The translations under genes and the position numbers were made by a program. Below, one piece after another: positions 24,393 to 32,162 of a DNA stretch of 34,146 nucleotides; within the stretch, counting starts at the first letter, position 1; each line of letters opens with the position of its first letter. The notes beneath the pieces are model-generated. The model did not search any database. It saw nothing but the letters and a program-made list of their open reading frames with translations, and was not told the DNA's origin. This DNA is from Thermodesulfobacteriota bacterium (GTDB lineage: Bacteria; Desulfobacterota; GWC2-55-46; JBHHVK01), in assembly GCA_046754205.1 (NCBI GenBank), contig JBHHVK010000002.1, positions 1 to 34,146 on the forward strand, in the 5' to 3' direction.

Positions 24393-24548
24393 GGGGGTAG
24401 GGGGTTTAGGGAGTGTAGGGGGCTTAGGGTGACGCTCTCCCCCCCCCGGCGGACGTGTCCGGCCTGTAAATGGGGCTCAGGGGGGCAGGGGGGCGAGGGG
24501 GGCGAGGCATGGGACAGCCATAGGTGGCGGGGGGGGCGAGGCAGGGGC
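24392..24548 (+). repeat. Two G-quadruplex-type tracts starting at the tusA-like stop codon
   Basis: TAGGGGGGTAGGGGGTTTAGGGAGTGTAGGGGGCTTAGGGTG (five TAGGG-type runs), then a C8 run, then GGGGCTCAGGGGGGCAGGGGGGCGAGGGGGGCGAGG...GGCGGGGGGGGCGAGGCAGGGG. Confidence 0.75.
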
Positions 24549-24567
24549 CGTAAGGCTCCCCTTTTTT
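24544..24567 (+). terminator. Weak intrinsic terminator or attenuator between the tusA-like and thiS-like genes
   Basis: GGGGCC-GTAA-GGCTCCCC, a 6-bp stem with one bulge, followed by TTTTTT. Confidence 0.35.
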
Positions 24568-24628
24568 ACCCCCTTTGCACAGACCGGGTTCAGGATTAAA
24601 AAAAGCGGATATATTCAGGAGGTGCGCG

Positions 24629-24910
24629 ATGTCAGTCAAGGTGAGGATACCCACACCGCTCAGGAAGATTACCAATAACTCCGATGAGGTAGCCGCCGAG
24701 GGGACGAACGTCGGGCAGGTTATAGAGGACCTCGAGAAGAACTACCCGGGCATCAAGGAGAGGATCTGCGAGGAGGACGGCAGGCTCAGGCGCTTCGTGA
24801 ACCTCTACCTCAACGACGAGGACATCAGGTTCATGAACAACCTCGATACCGAGCTCAAGGACGGCGACGAGCTTTCCATCATCCCAGCCATAGCCGGAGG
24901 GTCCCGGTGA
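24629..24910 (+). CDS. ThiS/MoaD-family ubiquitin-like sulfur carrier ending GG-Ser-Arg
   Basis: 93 aa from the ATG at 24629 behind an AGGAGG RBS. DGDELSIIPAIAGGSR* is the beta-grasp C-terminus, with a Gly-Gly followed by two extra residues. Confidence 0.8.
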   Translation: MSVKVRIPTPLRKITNNSDEVAAEGTNVGQVIEDLEKNYPGIKERICEEDGRLRRFVNLYLNDEDIRFMNNLDTELKDGDELSIIPAIAGGSR

Positions 24911-25143
24911 AGAAGAGGGTCTACCTTACATACCCGAAGGAGCAGGTGAAGGAACCGCTCCTCTACCAGTGCGGCAAGCTCTGCGGCGTGGCCTTCAACA
25001 TCAGGCAGGCGAGCGTGTCGGACGCGGTGGGGCTCGTGGCGCTCGAGCTCGAAGGGGAGCCCGAGGAGATAGACAGGGCCATCGACTTCTTTATCAGCAA
25101 GGGCGTCAAGGTCGAGCCCATAGAGCTCGATATCATCGAGTGA
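24907..25143 (+). CDS. Stand-alone NIL-domain protein (ferredoxin-like fold, as at the MetN C-terminus)
   Basis: GTGA start/stop overlap with the carrier gene. 78 aa. YLTYPKEQVKEPLLYQ...FNIRQASVS...GLVALELEG...FFISKGVKVEPI matches the NIL-domain pattern. Confidence 0.65.
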   Translation: MKKRVYLTYPKEQVKEPLLYQCGKLCGVAFNIRQASVSDAVGLVALELEGEPEEIDRAIDFFISKGVKVEPIELDIIE

Positions 25144-25216
25144 CCCCTGCGGCCGCCGCCCGCCCATCCCCTTGTCCCCGCTGCCGGGGGTTGAGACGGC
25201 GATTGCGCATACAAGG

Positions 25217-25244
25217 ACCCCCGTCGCCCGGCGGGGGTTTTTTT
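25217..25244 (+). terminator. Intrinsic terminator ending the riboswitch-led unit
   Basis: ACCCCCG-TCGCCCGG-CGGGGGT followed by a T7 run. Confidence 0.75.
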
Positions 25245-25355
25245 GTCCTGCCCGCCGCGCCCGGCCCGCCGCGCAGGGGGGGGCTGACCCCTCGAATACC
25301 TTAAAAAATGTAAGGTTTTTAAGGGTTTGAATTTGCCGTTCGGTGGTAAAATATC

Positions 25356-25382
25356 TTGACAAAAGAACTAAGGTATTATAGT
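25356..25382 (+). promoter_or_regulatory. Candidate promoter of the cysM-JAMM-moeB unit
   Basis: TTGACA (25356-25361) with TATAGT (25377-25382) at a short 15-bp spacing. An AT-rich region with inverted repeat CCTTAAAAA-N8-TTTTTAAGG (25299-25324) lies upstream. Confidence 0.4.
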
Positions 25383-25551
25383 TTAAAAGTTGAGAAGTCT
25401 ACTAAGGTATTCTGCGGCGGCCTCGCCCGTTTCCGCCCGCCCTTTTCCGGATGGGCGCGCTTCAGGAAGAGGGCCCTATCCGGCCGCCGTGCAGGAGTCT
25501 GGTCGGCGTGTCCCTTCGGCAGGTCACGTAACCTTCGAGAGGTAATGGTTT

Positions 25552-26532
25552 ATGGGAGGACAGGGACGTAATCTCGCGGCCCCCGACCGCGAAGGCGCGG
25601 TTCTTCACACCTCCGGCGGGGCGAGGGTCGGCGCCTCGGTGCTCGAGCTCGTGGGCAACACACCCCTTGTGAGGATAAACAACATCACCAGGGGGCTGGC
25701 TCCCGGGGTGGATATCTACGCCAAGCTCGAGAGCTGCAACCCCGGGGGCTCGGTCAAGGACCGCGCGGCGCTCAGCATGATAGAGGACGCCGAAAATAGC
25801 GGCAGGTTCACGAAGGACAAGGTCCTTCTCGACTCCACCTCGGGCAACACCGGGATAGCCTACGCCTGGATATGCGCCGTCAAGGGGTACAAGGTAAGGC
25901 TCTGCGTGCCCGAGAACGTGAGCGAGGAGCGCAAGAAGACGCTCCGCGCCTTCGGCGCCGAGGTGGTCTTCAGCAACCCCCTCGAGGGCTCGGACGGCGC
26001 CATAAGGCTCGCCTGGAAGATATACGTTGAAAACCCGGAGATATACTGCAAGCTCGACCAGTACAACAACCCCTCCAACCCGATGGCCCATTACAAACAC
26101 ACGGGCCCGGAGATAATCGAGCAGACCGGGGGCAAGGTTACGCACCTCGTGGCCTCCATAGGCACCGGCGGGACCATAATGGGCACGGGCCGGAGCCTGA
26201 AGGAGTTCAACCCGGACATACAGGTCGTGGCGGTGGAGCCGGACAGCCCGCTGCACGGGCTCGAGGGCCTCAAGCACATGGCCTCCTCGATAGTGCCCGG
26301 CATTTACCACGCCGAGCAGCACGACAGCAAGGTGCCGGCCCCCACGGAGGAGTCCTACGACATGGCCAAGAGGCTCGCCCGCGAGGAGGGGCTCCTCGTG
26401 GGCCAGTCCTCGGGAGCGGCCATGTGGGGCGCTCTCGAGGTGGCCCGGAACCTCGACAGGGGGCTGGTGGTGGTCATCTTCCCCGACGGGGGCGACAAGT
26501 ACCTCTCCACCAGGCTCTGGGACGAGGCATAA
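25552..26532 (+). CDS. Cysteine synthase-family PLP enzyme (CysM/CysK-like)
   Basis: LVGNTPLVRIN, KLESCNPGGSVKDRAAL (PLP Lys), STSGNTGIAYA and GTGGTIMG. The N-terminal 25 or so residues are non-conserved, so the true start may be further downstream. Confidence 0.88.
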   Translation: MGGQGRNLAAPDREGAVLHTSGGARVGASVLELVGNTPLVRINNITRGLAPGVDIYAKLESCNPGGSVKDRAALSMIEDAENSGRFTKDKVLLDSTSGNTGIAYAWICAVKGYKVRLCVPENVSEERKKTLRAFGAEVVFSNPLEGSDGAIRLAWKIYVENPEIYCKLDQYNNPSNPMAHYKHTGPEIIEQTGGKVTHLVASIGTGGTIMGTGRSLKEFNPDIQVVAVEPDSPLHGLEGLKHMASSIVPGIYHAEQHDSKVPAPTEESYDMAKRLAREEGLLVGQSSGAAMWGALEVARNLDRGLVVVIFPDGGDKYLSTRLWDEA

Positions 26533-26534
26533 CG

Positions 26535-26612
26535 GCCGGGGAGGGGGCAGGGGGGGCAGGGGGAGGGCGAAGAGTGATTGGACGAGCGTGCGGGAGGGGT
26601 AGGGGGCAGGTG
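26535..26612 (+). repeat. G-run spacer directly after the cysM-like stop
   Basis: GGCCGGGGAGGGGGCAGGGGGGGCAGGGGGAGGGCG ... CGGGAGGGGTAGGGGGCAGG. Confidence 0.7.
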
Positions 26613-26707
26613 CGACAGGCAGGGCGATGGCGCGTTGGGCGCCGGGCCCGGGGGCGACCGCGGCCTGTACGTGAAATAAGCGATTTGAGGGGGCATGGGC
26701 TGAGTTT

Positions 26708-27151
26708 ATGATATTAGGCTTTGGCAAGAGCGCCATACACGTACCGAGGGCCGTATATGACGAGATTATAAACCACGCCAGGGACGCCTATCCCGACGAG
26801 TGCTGTGGTTTTCTCGTAGGCAAGGCCATAAGGGACAAGCGGGTCTGGCAGGTGGAGCGCGGCACGAACGCCAACACCGAGAGGTCCAGGGACAGGTACG
26901 TAATAGACCCGAAGGAGTATCACCTGACCGACAAGGTCGCCAGGACCCAGGGCCTCGACATCCTCGGCTTCTACCACTCCCACCCGGACCACCCCGACCG
27001 TCCCAGCGAGTTCGACCGCGCCGAGGGGCACCCGGGGTTCTCATACATCATTGTCTCCGTCCAGGGCGGAAAGACCGTCTCCGCCAGGAGTTGGATCTTC
27101 GACAAGGATGACGAGCCCTTCAGGGAAGAGAAGATAAAGATAGTCGACTGA
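26708..27151 (+). CDS. JAMM/MPN+ metallopeptidase (Mec+/HcyD/QbsD-like)
   Basis: ECCGFLVG Glu motif and the JAMM signature HSHPDHPDRPSEFD (H-x-H-x7-S-x2-D). 147 aa. Confidence 0.88.
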   Translation: MILGFGKSAIHVPRAVYDEIINHARDAYPDECCGFLVGKAIRDKRVWQVERGTNANTERSRDRYVIDPKEYHLTDKVARTQGLDILGFYHSHPDHPDRPSEFDRAEGHPGFSYIIVSVQGGKTVSARSWIFDKDDEPFREEKIKIVD

Positions 27152-27248
27152 TCTCGGCCGCGGGTGCGGGGCGGGCCTGAAGAGGGCCCGGGCGCACATC
27201 TTCACCCCGCGATGAGATTGCGGCAAGGAAGGGAGCTTTTTTGTTGAC

Positions 27249-28061
27249 ATGGACTTTACGGAAGAACAGATAGAGCGATACTCCAGGCACATCATACTCC
27301 CCGAGGTGGGCGGCCGTGGACAGGCCAAGCTCCTCAAGAGCCGGGTCTTCGTCCTCGGGGCCGGGGGGCTCGGCAGCCCGAGCCTCTTTTATCTCGCCGC
27401 CGCCGGCGTGGGCTCCATAGGCCTGGCCGACGGCGATTCCGTGGACGTCAGCAACCTCCAGCGCCAGATAATCCACACAAACTCGGATGTGGGCGCCCCC
27501 AAGGTCCACTCCGCCAGGGAATCCATCGAGGCCCTCAACCCTGACGTCAAGGTCGAGGCCTTCCACGGGCGGCTCACCGAGGAGAACATCCGCGAGGTGA
27601 TACGCCCATACGACGTAGTCCTCGACGGGTCGGACAACTTCCCCACCAGGTTCCTCGTCAACGACGCCTGCTTCTTCGAGCAAAAGACCCTCGTCTCGGG
27701 CTCCATGTTCAGGTTCGACGGCCAGGTCTCGGTCTTCAAGCCCCACGACGGCGGCCCCTGCTACAGGTGCCTCTATCCGGAGCCGCCCCCGAAGGGGCTC
27801 GTGCCGAGCTGCCAGGAGGCCGGGGTCCTCGGGGCGCTCGCCGGGGTAATCGGCGTCCTCCAGGCCGTGGAGGCCATTAAGGAGATACTCGGCATAGGAG
27901 AGTCGCTCGCCGGAAACCTCCTGATATTCGACGCCCTCAAGATGGGCTTCAGGAAGGTCAAGGTCAGGCGCGACCCCGAGTGCGCGCTCTGCGGGGGCAG
28001 CCCCACGATTACGGAACTCCGCGAGTACGAGCAGGAGGCCTGCGAGTGGAGCGCCGGCTGA
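27249..28061 (+). CDS. MoeB/ThiF-family E1-like adenylyltransferase (no rhodanese domain)
   Basis: RYSRHIILPEVG, the GAGGLGS nucleotide loop, SNLQRQ, and Zn-site pairs CYRC...CALC. 270 aa. Confidence 0.88.
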   Translation: MDFTEEQIERYSRHIILPEVGGRGQAKLLKSRVFVLGAGGLGSPSLFYLAAAGVGSIGLADGDSVDVSNLQRQIIHTNSDVGAPKVHSARESIEALNPDVKVEAFHGRLTEENIREVIRPYDVVLDGSDNFPTRFLVNDACFFEQKTLVSGSMFRFDGQVSVFKPHDGGPCYRCLYPEPPPKGLVPSCQEAGVLGALAGVIGVLQAVEAIKEILGIGESLAGNLLIFDALKMGFRKVKVRRDPECALCGGSPTITELREYEQEACEWSAG

Positions 28062-28101
28062 CGCCCGGAGCGTGCATCGCCCCTTCATAAAGGTTGCCGG
28101 C

Positions 28102-29313
28102 ATGAAGAACAACTACCTCGATAACCCCGGGGCCCTGAAGATAGACCTCATGCTCCAGGGCATCAGGATAGAGGACCCGGTGCTCAAGGCCTGGGCCTGC
28201 GGCGCCGACGGCATGGACATACTCTTGCCCATGGGCACGCTGGTCAACGTCCCCTGCAGCGACTACGTGGCCTCGACGTCGCCGTACGTCATAAAGAAGT
28301 CCGGCGATGGGCACGCCATAACCTTCGACGGGGCCGGCGAGGTGCCCGTGAGGTTCCTGCCCAAGCCCGAGTTCTACTACCGGAAGACCTCCACGGGGGT
28401 TCCCTTCTCGCGCATCGCCTCGGTCCACGGCAGCTACACCGTCATTACCCCGTCTCCGAGGTGCGAGTTCTTCAACCGGAAGGTCGAGTGCAAGTACTGC
28501 GCCGGCAACTTCGACGTCATCGGCGCGGACGAGACGGTCTTCTCCGTGGACGAGGTGCTCGAAACGGTCGCCGCGGTCCTGAAGGAGAAGGTCTCGGAGA
28601 TAATATACCTCTCGGTGGGGTTCAGCGAGGGGGACGACGGGGGTGTGGAGTTCCTCCGGCCCTACGTAAGGGCAATAAAGAAGCACTTCAACGTTCTGGT
28701 GGCCGTGGAGGCGCTGCCGCCGAAGGACAACCGCTGGATAGACAGGACCTACGCCATGGGGGCCGACTCGGTCCTCTACAACCTCGAGATATACGACCGC
28801 GAGCTCTTCGGGCTCATCTGCCCGGGCAGGGCCGAGCTCATAGGCTGGGAGAGGTACGCGGAGGCCCTCGGCTACGCCGCCGGCGTATTCCCCAACGGCA
28901 CCGTCGCCTCTCACCTCATCGTCGGGCTCGAGCCCCCGGGCTCCACTGTCCAGGGTATAGACTTTCTCGTCTCCATGGGGGTGGTGCCGATACTTCCGGT
29001 CATCAGGCCCACGAGGGACAGGTCGTACCACATTCACCCGCTCACTGCGGACGTCATAATCCCCGTATACAGGCACCTGTACAAGGCGCTCAAGGGGAGC
29101 GCGGTGAACTTCCGCTGGGTCCGCGACATCAGCATGGTCACCACCCCGGTGGAGGGAAGGCTCCTCGTGGACGAGGGCGGCCAGGGCGACAAGGCGACCC
29201 TCATGGAGAGTTTTTACGGGACGAGGCTCGGGCTCAAGGCCGCCTGGGGCCTTTCGACGATCAGGAGAAAGCTAAGGGTTAAGGAGGTCAAGGACCCCTC
29301 TGAGAACTCGTAA
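28102..29313 (+). CDS. Unassigned protein with a C-x8-C-x2-C motif (possible non-canonical radical SAM TIM-barrel enzyme)
   Basis: PRCEFFNRKVECKYCAGN cysteine triad, followed by IIYLSVGFSEGDDGG, which resembles a GGE-like motif. About 400 aa. The alternative GTG start at 28072 follows the moeB-like stop by 10 nt. Confidence 0.4.
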   Translation: MKNNYLDNPGALKIDLMLQGIRIEDPVLKAWACGADGMDILLPMGTLVNVPCSDYVASTSPYVIKKSGDGHAITFDGAGEVPVRFLPKPEFYYRKTSTGVPFSRIASVHGSYTVITPSPRCEFFNRKVECKYCAGNFDVIGADETVFSVDEVLETVAAVLKEKVSEIIYLSVGFSEGDDGGVEFLRPYVRAIKKHFNVLVAVEALPPKDNRWIDRTYAMGADSVLYNLEIYDRELFGLICPGRAELIGWERYAEALGYAAGVFPNGTVASHLIVGLEPPGSTVQGIDFLVSMGVVPILPVIRPTRDRSYHIHPLTADVIIPVYRHLYKALKGSAVNFRWVRDISMVTTPVEGRLLVDEGGQGDKATLMESFYGTRLGLKAAWGLSTIRRKLRVKEVKDPSENS

Positions 29314-29348
29314 CGACGGGCGGGGACCACTCTGCGGAGCCTACTCAA

Positions 29349-30779
29349 TTGAGCGTTGAGATAGACACAAGGCCCATATGGGTTATCCTTCTGCAGAGGT
29401 CCCTGAGGCCGGTCTTTTTCCTGGCCATGGCGCTGATCTTCTGGCTCGTCCTGGCCGTGCCGACCCCGGCCGGGTTGACGCCCGAGGGACAGAAGGCCAT
29501 AGCCGTCTTCGTCCTCTGCCTGGTGCTGTGGGTATCGGGCGCCGTGCCGCTCGCGATTACGTCGCTCTTCGCCATAGTGCTGGTGCCGGTGCTGGGGATA
29601 CTCCCCCACAAGGAGACCCTCGGGCTCTTCGGCAACGAGGCGGTCTTCTTCATACTCGGCGCGTTCATACTCGCCGGGGCGGTGATGCAGACGGGGCTCA
29701 GCAACCGCATCGCGCTCACCATACTCGACAGGTCGGGGTACTCGCCGAAAAGGCTCCTCATAAGCATCTTCCTCCTGGCGGCGTTCCTCTCCTTCTTCAT
29801 GAGCGAGCACGCCGTGGCGGCCATGCTCTTCCCCATAGTGCTCGAGATATCGAAGAGCCTGGGCCTCAGGCCGGGAAGGTCGAACTACGGCAAGCTCCTC
29901 TTCTTCGCGCTGGCCTGGGGGTGCGTAATAGGCGGCGTGGCGACATTCCTCGGCGGGGCCCGGGTGCCGCTCGCCATGGGCATCCTGAGCGAGACCACGG
30001 GCGAGACCATAGGTTTCCTCGACTACTCCATCGCCGTCTTCCCCGTGGTGGTGATACTCCTCGTCGTGGGGTATCTCCTTCTGACGAGGTTCTTCCCCGT
30101 GGACATAGACGGGGTGGACAGGGCGCGGGAAGTGCTCGACGCAAGGGTCAGGGCCCTCGGCAAGGTCTCCTTCAAGGAGTACTCCGTGGGCCTGCTCCTC
30201 GTCGCCACCATCCTCTGCTGGATACTCTTCGGCGGCAGGGTCGGGCTATCCACCATCGCGCTCTCCTCGGTGGTGGTGCTCTTCGTCTTCAGGCTCGTCC
30301 GGTGGAGGGACATAGAGGAGTACGTCAACTGGGGGATAATCCTCATGTACGGCGGGGCCATCATCCTGGGCACCGCCCTCGATAGATCCGGGGCGGCCGA
30401 GTGGCTCGTCGGCTCGGTCCTCGGCTCCTGGGCCACGGGGCCGATGCTGGTCATCGGGTTCATCTCGCTCCTCACGCTCCTTCTGACCGAGGCCATGAGC
30501 AACGCCGCGGTCATAGCCGTGCTCCTGCCCGTGGCCATGGGGCTGGCGGGAAAGCTCTCCATGGACCCTACGGTCATGACCTATGCCGTCGCCGTGCCTG
30601 CGGGACTTGCCTTCATGTTCCCCATGAGCACGCCGGCTAACGCGCTTGCGATATCGTCGAGCTACGTAAGCGTCCGCGACCTCATAAAGGGTGGCTTCAT
30701 CATGTTCATCACGGCATGGGTGGCCTTCAACCTGGTGGCCGCCTTCTGGTGGCCCCTCATAGGGCAGGGATACGGGTAG
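29349..30779 (+). CDS. SLC13/DASS-family anion permease (candidate sulfate or sulfur-oxyanion importer)
   Basis: 476 aa, polytopic membrane protein with duplicated hairpin motifs (FMSEHA...; EAMSNAAVIAVLLPV...; MSTPANA). TTG start. Confidence 0.7.
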   Translation: MSVEIDTRPIWVILLQRSLRPVFFLAMALIFWLVLAVPTPAGLTPEGQKAIAVFVLCLVLWVSGAVPLAITSLFAIVLVPVLGILPHKETLGLFGNEAVFFILGAFILAGAVMQTGLSNRIALTILDRSGYSPKRLLISIFLLAAFLSFFMSEHAVAAMLFPIVLEISKSLGLRPGRSNYGKLLFFALAWGCVIGGVATFLGGARVPLAMGILSETTGETIGFLDYSIAVFPVVVILLVVGYLLLTRFFPVDIDGVDRAREVLDARVRALGKVSFKEYSVGLLLVATILCWILFGGRVGLSTIALSSVVVLFVFRLVRWRDIEEYVNWGIILMYGGAIILGTALDRSGAAEWLVGSVLGSWATGPMLVIGFISLLTLLLTEAMSNAAVIAVLLPVAMGLAGKLSMDPTVMTYAVAVPAGLAFMFPMSTPANALAISSSYVSVRDLIKGGFIMFITAWVAFNLVAAFWWPLIGQGYG

Positions 30780-30803
30780 CAGCCCGGGAGCCGTTGTGGT
30801 AAA

Positions 30804-31271
30804 ATGAAAAATGTGCTCTTAGTCTTATCCACTTCGAGGACCTCCGAAGAGGTCCTCGGCTACGCCGTGGAAAAGGCCGCCGAGGCGGGCGTTAAGCTCG
30901 TGGCCCTCTACATCCTCGAAAAGGAGCTCGCCGAGGAGGTCTTCGACGCCTTTACGGACGTGGGCTTCATAGGCGACAGGCCATCGGTGCAGATAACCGA
31001 GTCGCTCATGAAGGAGTACCGCCAGAGGGGCTACGAGGAGCTCGGCCGTCTCCAGATAAGGACCATGGAGGCGGGCGTGGACTTCGACCCCCTGATGGAG
31101 GAGGGCGACTACGTCACCACCGTGCTCGACGCCATGGAGGGCCGGGACATAGGGCTCGCCGTCCTCATAAAGCGCAGGAAGAGGAGCTTTTTCAAGTACT
31201 TTTCAAAGTCCCTCGCCGAGGAGGTCAAGGAAAAGGCCCCCTGCGAGGTCGTCATATTCGAGGAAGAATGA
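30804..31271 (+). CDS. Universal stress protein-like (adenine-nucleotide alpha-hydrolase fold)
   Basis: MKNVLLVLSTSRTSEEVLGYAVEKA...KLVALYIL...APCEVVIFEE. 155 aa. Confidence 0.5.
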   Translation: MKNVLLVLSTSRTSEEVLGYAVEKAAEAGVKLVALYILEKELAEEVFDAFTDVGFIGDRPSVQITESLMKEYRQRGYEELGRLQIRTMEAGVDFDPLMEEGDYVTTVLDAMEGRDIGLAVLIKRRKRSFFKYFSKSLAEEVKEKAPCEVVIFEEE

Positions 31272-31293
31272 AGAGGCAAAGGGAGCATCTGCC

Positions 31294-31992
31294 ATGATAA
31301 GCGTTAAGGTCTGGACCGCCGAAGAGCTCGGCAAGGTGAACGATGAACTGGAGGGAAGCCCCCCCCAGGACGTGCTCCGCTGGGTCGTGGATAACTTCGC
31401 TCGCGAGGACTTCGCGCTCGCCTGCAGCTTCGGCGAGCCGGTCCTCGTGGACATGCTCGTCAAGATAAAGCCCGACGCCCGCATATTCTCTCTCGACACC
31501 GGGCTCCACTTCGCCGAGACCCTGGAGCTCAAGGACGAGATAGAGCGCAAGTACGGCATCAGGATAGAGATGTACAGGCCGAAGCTGACGCTCGATGAGA
31601 TGGAAAGGGAGTACGGTCCCGAGCTCTGGAAGCGTAATCCCGACGAGTGCTGCAGGATCCGCAAGGTCGAGCCCTTGAAAGAGGTCCTCTCCGGGCTCAA
31701 GGCCTGGATTACCGGCATCCGCAGGGACCAGTCCCCCACGAGGAAAAACGCCCCGGTGGTGGGCATCGACCCGAAGCACGGCCTCGTGAAGGTCAACCCG
31801 CTGGTCAACTGGACGTCGCGCGACGTCTGGGAGTACCTCGAGCGCAACGGCGTGCCCTACAACAGGCTCCTCGACCAGGCCTTCGCCTCCGTCGGGTGCG
31901 AGCCCTGCACCAGGCCGATAATCCCCGGCGAGGACGAGAGGGCGGGCCGCTGGGATGGTTTTGCGAAGACCGAGTGCGGGCTCCACAAATAA
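31294..31992 (+). CDS. cysH: Adenylylsulfate (APS)-type phosphoadenosine phosphosulfate reductase family enzyme
   Basis: ACSFG...SLDTG PP-loop-type motifs. The Cys pairs DECCRIRK and CEPC are typical of [4Fe-4S] APS reductases. C-terminal catalytic ECGLH. Confidence 0.88.
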   Translation: MISVKVWTAEELGKVNDELEGSPPQDVLRWVVDNFAREDFALACSFGEPVLVDMLVKIKPDARIFSLDTGLHFAETLELKDEIERKYGIRIEMYRPKLTLDEMEREYGPELWKRNPDECCRIRKVEPLKEVLSGLKAWITGIRRDQSPTRKNAPVVGIDPKHGLVKVNPLVNWTSRDVWEYLERNGVPYNRLLDQAFASVGCEPCTRPIIPGEDERAGRWDGFAKTECGLHK

Positions 31993-32162
31993 ACCTGTTG
32001 AATCCCGGCGAGAAAACCTTTAGAATACCCGTTTCCTCACCAGTCGGAAATACCGGACTCGAGGCCGCGCCCGCAGCCGCCTCTCCGTGCGCCTGACGTC
32101 CCGGCCCCGGCCCGGTGAAATAGAAATATATCTGGCTGGGGTCTTCCAGCGGGAGAGAGAGC

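Noticed and set aside
24629-28061. The ubiquitin-like protein plus E1 plus JAMM trio as an antiviral conjugation system (Bil-like or type II CBASS accessory).
   Set aside because: No E2-like or CD-NTase/effector gene is present. The E1 is the short MoeB/ThiF type. The trio is embedded between a SAM riboswitch, cysteine-synthase-type enzymes and sulfate-reduction genes, so a metabolic sulfur-carrier role is far more likely.
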